From contig CBDCTZ010000016.1 in the NCBI GenBank assembly GCA_965222375.1, positions 3,360,001 to 3,424,000 of the forward strand: a stretch of 64,000 nucleotides of DNA. Direction: 5' to 3'. This document shows positions 36,701 through 45,437 of this stretch, one piece after another. Position numbers and translations under genes: made by a program. The notes under the pieces were generated by a model, which worked only from the letters and a program-made list of their open reading frames with translations, made no database searches and was not told where the DNA came from. This DNA comes from Polyangiaceae bacterium (GTDB lineage: Bacteria; Myxococcota_A; Polyangia; Polyangiales; Polyangiaceae). The stretch's first letter is position 1, and each line of letters opens with the position of its first letter.

Positions 36701-37783
36701 TCAGTTCGTCGCGTTCGGCGTCAGCGTGTGCGTCGCGATGAAGTCTGCGCCGCACTGATCCGTGTCGGTGCCGTTCGGGCTTCGAGCCAGCGCCTGGCTG
36801 GACGTGGGGGTTGGCGCTAGAGACGTCGCCGTGGCCCCGGTGTCGTCTTTGAAGCCGTCGCTGTTGGGGGTGCCGTAGATCACCGTGTCGACTACGGCGT
36901 TCGTCGAATTCACGAGCCGGACCGCATCCGCGCTACCGCTGGCGTTGCCCATGTTCATGGCGGTTTGCTTCTTGTATTGGGCGAAAGCCACGTCCTTGCC
37001 GCCGATGACCACGTAGCCCAAAGCGCCGATGCTGGCGCCGTTTGGCAGCGTGAACATGGTCGAATAGGTGGAGGTCGCTCGCTCCAGGCTCCAGCCTGCG
37101 ATGGACACCGCGCAGTTGTTCGGGTTGTACAACTCGACCCACTCCTTGCCCGAGTCGCCGCTCGGCGGGTTGGGAACCAATTCGTTGATCAGAATGGGAC
37201 TCGATGGGCAGCCACCCGTGCCGCCGGTGCCGCCAGTAGCCACGCCACCCGTGCCTGCTGTGCCGCCAGTAGCCACGCCGCCGGTTCCTGCCGTGCCGCC
37301 AGTAGCCACGCCACCCGTGCCTGCTGTGCCGCCAGTAGCCACGCCGCCGGTTCCTGCCGTGCCGCCGGTTCCTGCCGTACCGCCCGTTGCCGCGCCGCCC
37401 GTACCGCCCGTTGCCGCGCCGCCCGTGCCGCCGGTTGCCGCCCCTCCGCTACCGGATGCTCCGCTGGCGCCCGACGCGCCGGCACTGCCTCCGGCACCCG
37501 ACGCACCTGCTGAGCCACCGCCGGCTCCCGCAGAGCCACCGCTGGCTCCCGCAGAGCCACCGCTGGCACCTGCTGTGCCGCCGCTGGACGTGCCGCCGCT
37601 GGACGCTCCGCCCGTGGACGCTCCGCCCGTCGCGGTCGAACCCCCCGTGGTCACGAAGCCACCGGTGCCGCTGCTGCCGCCGAAACCCGTCGTGCCTCCG
37701 CCACCGCTGGAAGAGTCGTCGTCGGAGGAACACGCGGCGGCCAGGGCCGCCATCACGAAAAGCCCAAGGGAGTAGGTGCGCAT
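36701..37783 (-). CDS. Gly/Thr-rich lipoprotein with C-terminal lamin-tail-like domain
   Basis: Lipobox AAAC, ILINELVPNP...EWVELYN...IAGW. Confidence 0.85.
   Translation of the reverse strand: MRTYSLGLFVMAALAAACSSDDDSSSGGGGTTGFGGSSGTGGFVTTGGSTATGGASTGGASSGGTSSGGTAGASGGSAGASGGSAGAGGGSAGASGAGGSAGASGASGASGSGGAATGGTGGAATGGTGGAATGGTAGTGGTAGTGGVATGGTAGTGGVATGGTAGTGGVATGGTAGTGGVATGGTGGTGGCPSSPILINELVPNPPSGDSGKEWVELYNPNNCAVSIAGWSLERATSTYSTMFTLPNGASIGALGYVVIGGKDVAFAQYKKQTAMNMGNASGSADAVRLVNSTNAVVDTVIYGTPNSDGFKDDTGATATSLAPTPTSSQALARSPNGTDTDQCGADFIATHTLTPNATN
37214..37445. repeat. Coding tandem repeats: 30-nt ATGGTAGTGGV-type and 24-nt AATGGTGG-type units
   Basis: Repeated gtgccgccagtagccacgcc units within the linker. 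Confidence 0.85.
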
Positions 37784-37835
37784 GCCGTAGCGCTACGGCC
37801 TGTCGCGGCGAGACGCAAGGGCGTCCGTCAGTGCC

Positions 37836-40800
37836 TCAGCCTTCCAGCAGCCGCTGAATGCTCTCGGGTACGGAGCCGTACTGCTCCGCCAGCGCCAGCA
37901 AGGCGGCGTTGTGGGGTAGTTCGGTGAGGAACAGGCGTGCATAGGGGGTGCCCGTCAAGCCCTCCAGGCGTCGCTGCAGAGGGGTCAGCCCTCGCACGAT
38001 CGCCCGTTTGGCCTCGGCTTCATCGCCCAGTTCCATCATGGCGTCGTGCAGCGCCACGTAGACCGGGGATTCGTTCAGCAGGCTTGGTGCCCCGGCTTCC
38101 AGCAGCTCTGCGCCTTCCTTGGCCAAGTCCAGGGCGCGGGATGGATTTTCCGTGCGCCGTTCTGCCTCCGACCACATGCCCAGGGCTACTGCCAGAATGT
38201 CGCGGTTCTGCGTGGCACGATACCCCTCTGCGGCGGTGGCCAACAGGGCACGGGCTTTCTGAGACGCCGCTTTGGATCGCGTGCGCAGGTGCTCACAGCC
38301 TCGATAGAACAACAGGCCCAAGTTGGCGCGGTCCGGTGCTGCCCAATAACCAGTGGCGGCCGCGTCTGCGTCCGAGCGGGATTCCGCCAGGTGGGAGTCC
38401 AACACCTTCTCTGTGCCAAAAGTCGCAGTCCAGCCCAACAGATTCATCTGAGCATGTCGGGATGCGCCAGAACTGCCGATGGCGTCTGCCAGAGACACGC
38501 CCGTGCTCAATGCGCCCCTAGCTTCTTGGCGGGCGCCGATGGTCGTCAACGCGAACCCCAGGTTGGTCATGAGCATCGCCTCGCGCTCTTTGAGGCCTGC
38601 GTCCCGGGCGGCGGCGACGGCGTTTCTCCGGGCGTCCAGCGCTGCGATGAGTTCACCGCGGGTTTGACGCACGATGGCTAGGGTCTGCCAACCGTCCACG
38701 GCGGCCGTAGTCACGTGGTGCTCTTCCGCCAGCTCCAGGAGCCGCGCGGCTTCCGCTTCAGCGTCCGCGAAAGCGCCCGCGAAGGCCAGGCGGGCGGCCA
38801 GGACAGCGGAGCAGCGCGCTTCTTCGTCGCGCAAACCCAAGCTGGCCGCTCGGTCGCGGGCTTCCGCCAATCGCTCGCTGATGTCGTGACCGGTGCCTCG
38901 GGCGTCGTCGAACCTCGCCCGCGCGCCACGAGCGCGCACTTCGCTCGCTTCGTCGTAGACATTTTCTTCCAGCGCTGAGACCGCGGTTTCTCGATCCGCG
39001 GCGCGGGGATCGAGGCGGCTGTAAGCTTCATCGAGATAGGCCGCCCGCTGGAAGGCCGTGGCCTTGTCTTCGGAGTGGAGCAATGCCCGTTCGGCCATGC
39101 TGAGGGCGTCGGATAGGGCGTTGGCCGCCAAAGAGCGTTGCGCGGCTCGGGACCAGTGCTCCGCGGCCTCGGACGGCTGCTCGCCCAAATCGAAGTGGCC
39201 CGCGACCGTCGCCGCGTCCTCGCCCATGCTGGCAAGCCAACGCGCGGTCAGGACGTGCAGCTCTTGTCGCTCGCGTTCTCCGAGGGACTTGTAGGCGACT
39301 TCTCGAACCAAGGCGTGCTTGAAGAGCCATTCGCGAGTGCCCGGAAAGCGCGATACGTCCTGCTCGACCAAGACCTCGCTGGCAGCCAGCTCCTTCATCA
39401 ATCCTTCAGCACGAGCCAAGCCCAGTGCCTCCAGGCCCGTGTCCCAGACCGTCAGACCAAACACCGACAGCCTGCCGACCGCATCCCGGCATTCTTCGTC
39501 TAGGGCGTCCAAGCTGGCTTGAATCACAGACTCGATGGTCGGTGCGTGCAGCTTGCCGCGGCTGCTGGCCGTCACTCGGGCGAGCTCTTCAGCGAAAAGT
39601 GGCAGACCGCTGGCTTGTTCCGCAATGCGCTCCACGGCTTCGTCAGTGGCCGCATCTCCGAGCACGGAGCGAACAATGGCGCGGACGGCCTTGCGGGAAA
39701 TGGGGCGCAGCTCCAGGGAGACGTGGTCTCGACCACCGAAGCGCTCGCTCTCTTCTTGCCAAAACGCGGGCCTCACCAGGGCCATCACCATCAGCGGCCT
39801 CATGTTGGTGCGACCCAGAAGATGGTCCAACCAGCCGATGCTCTCCGGGTCGGCCCATTGCAGATCCTCGGTGACGATGATCGTCGGCTGCCCTGCAGTG
39901 ACCTGCGCAACCAAGTCCGTCATGGCTAGCCACAGCACGTCGCGAGCACCGCGCGGATCCAAGCCTTCTGGCAACACCTCGTTGGCCAGCAGCCGCGCCA
40001 GGATCTCGCGATTCTTGCTGGTGAGGTCGCTCACCGTCGAGGGGCCCAGGCGGGAGACGATGGCCTGCTCGGCTTCTTGGGAGGTCGCACCTTTGGGTAG
40101 GCTGATGATGGCGCGTAGGATGTCTGCTGCCGCACCGAGGGCGTGGCCACGGCCATACGCCTCACTGCGTTGCACGATCACGAATGGCGCCTGCTTGCCT
40201 GCGGCGAGGCGGGCGATCACCTCGCGCCGTAGTCGCGTCTTGCCGATCCCCGGCGGCCCGGTGATGGTCACCAGGACCGGGGTCGCGTCGGAGCAGGCTC
40301 GCTCGAAGGCGTTGGCGACCTGCGCGAGTTCCGCCTCTCTGCCGACGAAGGGCGCTCCGCCGACTCGGTCTGCGCGGGGACCTCGCACTTGTTCACCGAC
40401 CACAGCGGCGCCGTCGTCGCGAGTCTTGAACTCGTAGCGGCCTCGACCCAACTCGCTGGTCGTCACGTCGGCAAGAACCACCCCAGGGGACGCTTCTCGA
40501 GCCATCGCCGAAGCTCGGTCCACGACTTCGCCGACGGGATGTGCGCCGCCGGAACGATTGGTCAAGCTCATGCGCGCTCGGCCACTCGCCACCCCGACCT
40601 GCGCGCCGGCCCGCGCCAAGCGCCGACCCAAGTCCAGGGCAGCGACCGCCTCCATTCCCGTGGCCCGGGTGGCGCCGAGGTGGGCGACCAGGGCTTCCGG
40701 CCCGAGGGGGACGGCGTCGGCGCCTCGTTCCTTCAAGTGGTCCAGGGCGCGATCTCGCGCCGAGCCGTTTTCGAAACGAAGCGCGACGATGCTGGTCACG

Positions 40801-41741
40801 AGGCGCGAGGCACTCGAGCCCAGGCGGGAACTCATTACGGGTTCACTCGGGGTCAGAGCTCGTGGTGGCGCATCCGAGGCGTCCCGCAACGCTTGACGCA
40901 ACACACCGCTGACTTCCTGCATGTCGTGGGGCCGATGGTCGGGATCCGTTGCCAGCATGCGGTGGACCAGGTCGTCCAACACGGCGGGTATGTCGCGGCG
41001 CAGCTCGGAGAGCCGGGGCGCGGGGGTCGTGACCAAGCGCGCCAGGGTCGCAATCTTGGTTGGCCCAACGTGGGGTGGGCGGCCCGTGAGTAGCTCGAAG
41101 AGTGTCGCGCCCAAGGAGTAGACGTCGCAGCGCACGTCGATGGGAGCGTCCCCGCGGGCCTGCTCGGGAGCCATGTAGGCGGGGGTGCCAACGACGTCCC
41201 CGCTACGGCTGATCTTGACGTCAGACTTCGCAGCGACGCCGAAATCCACGAGCTTGGGTGCCACCGTCGTCGCCGGAACGTTGGCGCCATCTTCCTCGCA
41301 CAAGAAGATGTTGCCCGGTTTGATGTCACGGTGGACGACGCCCAGGTCGTGGGCTGCCTCCAAGGCCTCGGAGACCCGCGTGGCCAGTTCCACGGACTGG
41401 CGGAGGGTCAGGGGAGCGTGCTTCTGGCGCATGCTGACGTCCTCGCCGTCCAGCCACTCCATGGCGACGTAGGGCTGGCCGGTTTCGTCCAGAACGCCGG
41501 ATGCCACCATGCGCACGATGCCCGGATGTTTGAGTTCTCCCAGAAGCTCGGCTTCGCGACGCAGACGCTCTTCCTCTTCAGGGACGTCTCCGGCCTCCGC
41601 TTGCAGGACTTTGAGGGCAACCGGGCCTTGGCTGACCTGGTCATAGGCTCGATACACGACGCCCGCCCCGCCGCGGCCCACCTCTCGCTCGACGACGAAT
41701 CTACCGCCCATGCGGCGGCCAGGTTGGAAGCTCGAACTCAC
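37836..41741 (-). CDS. Large Ser/Thr kinase + P-loop NTPase (STAND-like) + TPR protein
   Basis: GRGGAGVVY, HRDIKPGN, DFG, APE; FVGREAEL, GPPGIGKT, EDLQWAD, F.H.LVREVAY; helical repeats. Confidence 0.9.
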   Translation of the reverse strand: MSSSFQPGRRMGGRFVVEREVGRGGAGVVYRAYDQVSQGPVALKVLQAEAGDVPEEEERLRREAELLGELKHPGIVRMVASGVLDETGQPYVAMEWLDGEDVSMRQKHAPLTLRQSVELATRVSEALEAAHDLGVVHRDIKPGNIFLCEEDGANVPATTVAPKLVDFGVAAKSDVKISRSGDVVGTPAYMAPEQARGDAPIDVRCDVYSLGATLFELLTGRPPHVGPTKIATLARLVTTPAPRLSELRRDIPAVLDDLVHRMLATDPDHRPHDMQEVSGVLRQALRDASDAPPRALTPSEPVMSSRLGSSASRLVTSIVALRFENGSARDRALDHLKERGADAVPLGPEALVAHLGATRATGMEAVAALDLGRRLARAGAQVGVASGRARMSLTNRSGGAHPVGEVVDRASAMAREASPGVVLADVTTSELGRGRYEFKTRDDGAAVVGEQVRGPRADRVGGAPFVGREAELAQVANAFERACSDATPVLVTITGPPGIGKTRLRREVIARLAAGKQAPFVIVQRSEAYGRGHALGAAADILRAIISLPKGATSQEAEQAIVSRLGPSTVSDLTSKNREILARLLANEVLPEGLDPRGARDVLWLAMTDLVAQVTAGQPTIIVTEDLQWADPESIGWLDHLLGRTNMRPLMVMALVRPAFWQEESERFGGRDHVSLELRPISRKAVRAIVRSVLGDAATDEAVERIAEQASGLPLFAEELARVTASSRGKLHAPTIESVIQASLDALDEECRDAVGRLSVFGLTVWDTGLEALGLARAEGLMKELAASEVLVEQDVSRFPGTREWLFKHALVREVAYKSLGERERQELHVLTARWLASMGEDAATVAGHFDLGEQPSEAAEHWSRAAQRSLAANALSDALSMAERALLHSEDKATAFQRAAYLDEAYSRLDPRAADRETAVSALEENVYDEASEVRARGARARFDDARGTGHDISERLAEARDRAASLGLRDEEARCSAVLAARLAFAGAFADAEAEAARLLELAEEHHVTTAAVDGWQTLAIVRQTRGELIAALDARRNAVAAARDAGLKEREAMLMTNLGFALTTIGARQEARGALSTGVSLADAIGSSGASRHAQMNLLGWTATFGTEKVLDSHLAESRSDADAAATGYWAAPDRANLGLLFYRGCEHLRTRSKAASQKARALLATAAEGYRATQNRDILAVALGMWSEAERRTENPSRALDLAKEGAELLEAGAPSLLNESPVYVALHDAMMELGDEAEAKRAIVRGLTPLQRRLEGLTGTPYARLFLTELPHNAALLALAEQYGSVPESIQRLLEG

Positions 41742-41870
41742 GGCGGCTCGCCTACGTTACACCGGTCCCGCGGCGTCCTGCACCCGCCCGCAGATCGCGC
41801 GGCAATTTGGCCCTAGCTGCGTCCCCGAGGGCGCCATCGGAAAGCGCCCCGCCGCTCAGAAAGCTCGCGT

Positions 41871-42221
41871 ATGCTACGGCCCGTGAGTCAGCTGATGTTG
41901 CTCTCCGGGGGGATCGTCGAACCCGGCGCGGGCCACCCCGGGCGTGTGTCGGCGTTCGTGGCTTTCAACCCGCGGCCGGGGAGTAGCCGAATGTTCAAAG
42001 TCAGTGGCAGCGCCGCCTCTCCCTCCGTGGGTGAGCTGCCGGCACAGACGACCATTGACCTTTCGTACTTCAAGGCCGTCATGCACGAGGAGCTCGACCC
42101 GGTCCTCGACGACATCTCCTCCAAAGGTGGTCACGCTGCGATCGTCTCGCCACGGGCAGAGTGGGTCTGCAACGTCGTTCGCGAGCACCTCGCCGAGTCG
42201 GAGGGCCTCAGCGTTCCGTGA
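41871..42221 (+). CDS. Hypothetical protein (start may be 41991)
   Basis: Ends immediately before the next ATG; operon-like spacing. Confidence 0.5.
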   Translation: MLRPVSQLMLLSGGIVEPGAGHPGRVSAFVAFNPRPGSSRMFKVSGSAASPSVGELPAQTTIDLSYFKAVMHEELDPVLDDISSKGGHAAIVSPRAEWVCNVVREHLAESEGLSVP

Positions 42222-42222
42222 A

Positions 42223-43698
42223 ATGTTAGAGCGCATCGCCGTCCATCAAACTCGTCTGCGCGTGCCCGGCATCGGTCTGGACGCCCGGGGCGTGGCTCTA
42301 GGCTCTCGCGGGTTGGTGCTCATGCCTTCCCTCGATCGGCTGGTGGCGTTCTTGTCCGTCTACACGGAAGAGCAGAGCCTCGGTGGGCTCTCCGACTCCC
42401 TGGCCATCGAGATTGTCCGTTCCAAGTTGGGCACGCGCGAGGTCGCGCTCTCCTTCGACGCGGGCTCGAGTGATCGCATGGACCGGGTGGGCGAAGTGGC
42501 TCGCCTGACCGGGGGGTTCACCTTCACCGGAACCAGTCGCCACTTCGTGCAGTACCGAGACGCCAGCGCGCCCTTTGGTTTCGACGCCCCGGAAATCACG
42601 GCGACGGATAGTGCGCTCGCGCTCTATCATTCCACTTTTTCACAGGTGTACGACATCGAGCGCAGTGTGGAACTTCGCTCCTTGCTGCTGCGACTTGCAC
42701 CCCACGCCGACCCCGGCGCCGCGCTGCCGACGGTTGCTCTGTGGGTGCTCGCTGACCACGGGCTTGGCCCAGCGCTGCTGAGTTATTTTGCGCGTTCGCG
42801 AGTGAAAGCGTCCGTGGGTGTCGCGGAGTGGCCGCCGGAAACCAGCTTCGATGAGGAGCCGGTACGCCGTTACCTCTTCAAGATCGAGGAAATGCCGCCG
42901 CGGCTGCGGCCGCTGTTGGCCGGCACGCCCGGCATGGCGGCGTTCACGGAAGTGACGACCGGGGCTGCTGTGGAGCATGGCTACCACCATCCCGTGGCGC
43001 TCGAAGCGTGTCCGGTTTTCAATACCGAGGGCTTGGTGTTGTTTCGGGGTCGTGGTGAGCCGGCTTTGGAACTGGAGCGCGTGCCTGCCATGGCGGAGCT
43101 ATCCAGCCTGGAGCGCGCGGACCTGGACTTGGAGCGCGGCGTGCGTTTGGCCCAAGCCGCGGGTAGCCCCGACGCTGTGCGGGTGCCCATCCGCCTGCTG
43201 CCGGATCCCGCAGCGCCCGCTGGCGTCGAGGCCGCGCTGATTCCACCGGTGGAACTCGAGCTGCTTCGCCGTCTCGCCTACGCATTGCCGGTCCAGACCC
43301 TCAAGCAGACCCGGATCGCACTAACGGATGTAGGCGCTTTCGTCCTGAGTGACGGTGGCGGTGGCCGCGGCGGCAGCATTCCTCTCGGTCACCTGTTCTG
43401 GCGGTACCACGAACAGATATTCGTTCCCATTGGCTCGCGCCTGGTGCCTGCGATCGAACCTGCCGTACTAGTTACAAGTTTGCAGCTCGCGGCCGACGAT
43501 CTGGTCTTCTTTCGCCCCAACGGCAGCGCCGACCGCATTTCCAGGCAGCACTTCGTTCCCCTGGACAGCGCCCTTCTAGAGGGCCAGCGCTGGGCGCCCG
43601 TCCAAGTCACAGAGCTCGACCAAGTCTTTGCTCAGGAGCTGCCGACGGTTTGGCTGGAAGAGCTCGGGCTCAACCCTCTAAAAGGCGCCGCGACCTGA
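42223..43698 (+). CDS. Hypothetical protein, possibly an FtsH/vWA/MoxR ternary-system component
   Basis: Long globular ORF (FTGTSRHFVQYRD, GYHHPVALEAC); family recalled, not verified. Confidence 0.6.
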   Translation: MLERIAVHQTRLRVPGIGLDARGVALGSRGLVLMPSLDRLVAFLSVYTEEQSLGGLSDSLAIEIVRSKLGTREVALSFDAGSSDRMDRVGEVARLTGGFTFTGTSRHFVQYRDASAPFGFDAPEITATDSALALYHSTFSQVYDIERSVELRSLLLRLAPHADPGAALPTVALWVLADHGLGPALLSYFARSRVKASVGVAEWPPETSFDEEPVRRYLFKIEEMPPRLRPLLAGTPGMAAFTEVTTGAAVEHGYHHPVALEACPVFNTEGLVLFRGRGEPALELERVPAMAELSSLERADLDLERGVRLAQAAGSPDAVRVPIRLLPDPAAPAGVEAALIPPVELELLRRLAYALPVQTLKQTRIALTDVGAFVLSDGGGGRGGSIPLGHLFWRYHEQIFVPIGSRLVPAIEPAVLVTSLQLAADDLVFFRPNGSADRISRQHFVPLDSALLEGQRWAPVQVTELDQVFAQELPTVWLEELGLNPLKGAAT

Positions 43699-43716
43699 TG
43701 ACGGGTCCTTCGATCC

Positions 43717-44601
43717 ATGCCTGACCCCGTCACAGCCAATGCTCTGGCTGAAAACGTATTGTTGCCTTTGATAGAGGGCGGCAAATTGTGCCCGCTGGAG
43801 CCCATCGGTCCGACTCGCGCGGCGGCGTTTGCCCACGCCGAAGCCCTCACCGTGTCCGGCGGCGCCATGGACTCCGTGCGTGCGCATCGGGTCCGGGCGG
43901 CGCGCCGGGTGGCGGGGATCGACGCGCTCGGGGATTTGAGCGCAGGGGAGTGGCTTCTCGCTTGTGCGCTGAATGACCTGGTCCAGGTGACGAATCCAAC
44001 GTTGACCGGGTGGTTCGACAAGGACCGACCCCGCAAACTCGCCGAACTCGTTGCCGCTCAGGTCAACTCAGCAGGGCCCCCTCGCCGGATCAGCGAGGCC
44101 CTGGCGCGCTTCGCCACCTTTGGCCGCATCCTCACCGTGGGTCGGGTCGACACCACCGTGACCTGGTGGGTGGGGAGCGAAACCTTTCGCGGACTCGAGC
44201 CTCCGGCCCGGCTGCTGCGCTGGCGGGGATTGCGACGGGTGCGTACCAAGCAGCAGCGAGTCAGTATCGGAAACATGGCTCCAGAAGGCTTCGATGGGCG
44301 CGGCTACGAGGACGCCCTGGGCTTGTTCTTGCGAGCCAACCCGTTGACGGATCTCGCAACAGCGGCTCGCAAGCGTGCGCCCTTTGCGTGGAGTGGCGCT
44401 TCCCTGGCACTGATCAGTACGGGCCTGGGGCGCAACTTGGCGCGGCGAGCCATTTACCGCGCTCAGGACGTTCCCCAGACCCTCCAAGCACTCTCCCGCG
44501 CCTGCGCCCAGGTGCAGCACACACCCGCTCAAGAGCTGGTCGACGGGTTTTACTCGGAGCTGGGAGCTGTCGAACGCGCTCAAGCCGAGGGCGCTTCCTA
44601 G
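43717..44601 (+). CDS. Hypothetical protein, possibly a ternary-system component
   Basis: LNDLVQVTNP, VTWWVGSETFRG..PP.RLL.W, NPLTDL. Confidence 0.6.
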   Translation: MPDPVTANALAENVLLPLIEGGKLCPLEPIGPTRAAAFAHAEALTVSGGAMDSVRAHRVRAARRVAGIDALGDLSAGEWLLACALNDLVQVTNPTLTGWFDKDRPRKLAELVAAQVNSAGPPRRISEALARFATFGRILTVGRVDTTVTWWVGSETFRGLEPPARLLRWRGLRRVRTKQQRVSIGNMAPEGFDGRGYEDALGLFLRANPLTDLATAARKRAPFAWSGASLALISTGLGRNLARRAIYRAQDVPQTLQALSRACAQVQHTPAQELVDGFYSELGAVERAQAEGAS

Positions 44602-44707
44602 TCGACGTCCGGATCCGATGCTCGGCAGCGTCCGGAATTGATCGGGCTGAGCGGTGCTGATTGGGCGGATGCTGCGAAACCTGGAGTACTCGCTACCGGC
44701 ATAGGCC

Positions 44708-45283
44708 TTGCAGTCTGTCCTGGGCGTGGAGAACACAATCGGACAGTGGTGCGGCATCGGCGCCTTCGCAGCGTTGGGTTTGGTCGCTTGCGGCAATGTG
44801 GAAGATGAGGGGCTGTTCGACCGCGAGCGCCCCGAGGATGCTGGCGGGGTCCCCGAGGCTGGCTCGGGAGCGGTTGGGGCAGGCGGGGGCTCTGGTGGCG
44901 TCGTCCTGCTGGGCGATAGTGGCAGCACCGGGGGAACCGGCGGGCAGTCGGACGCGGGCAGCCCAGTCCCGCAAGGCGGTAGCGCTGGGGCCGGCGGCGC
45001 TGCCGGGCCAGTAACGCCTACGCCGGGCAGTTGCGCCGCAGTGTGTGGAGCGCAATCGCCGGATCAGTCCTGCTACTGCGACGTGGCCTGCAAAGACTAC
45101 GGAGACTGCTGCGGCGACTTCTCTACCCATTGCCCGGCAGGCCCGGGCCCTGGTTGCACCAAGCAACACTGCCAGTCCGAGACCCCGAGTACAGATTCAT
45201 CCGGGTCCAGCTGCTATTGCGATGCCGCCTGCAGCCAGTACGGCGACTGTTGCCCCAACGTAGCGCAAGTCTGCGCGGCATGA
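44708..45283 (+). CDS. Lipoprotein with two somatomedin-B-like Cys-rich domains
   Basis: Lipobox LVAC; SCYCDVACKDYGDCCGDF..HC and SCYCDAACSQYGDCCPN...VC. Confidence 0.75.
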   Translation: MQSVLGVENTIGQWCGIGAFAALGLVACGNVEDEGLFDRERPEDAGGVPEAGSGAVGAGGGSGGVVLLGDSGSTGGTGGQSDAGSPVPQGGSAGAGGAAGPVTPTPGSCAAVCGAQSPDQSCYCDVACKDYGDCCGDFSTHCPAGPGPGCTKQHCQSETPSTDSSGSSCYCDAACSQYGDCCPNVAQVCAA

Positions 45284-45437
45284 GCGCACGCGCGGCCCGC
45301 CGTGCCGAGCGTCCGAGCGACCCACATCGAACCGCGATGAACTCTCGATGACGCGCAGGGGGCGCCATCCCCAAAAAAACAAACGTAGGTCTTGAAGAGC
45401 CTGGGCCGACAGGGGCCCGCGCTCAGCTCGGGTTACC

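Noticed and set aside
37214..37445. CRISPR array
   Set aside because: The repeats are in-frame Gly/Thr coding units without unique spacers, and there are no cas genes
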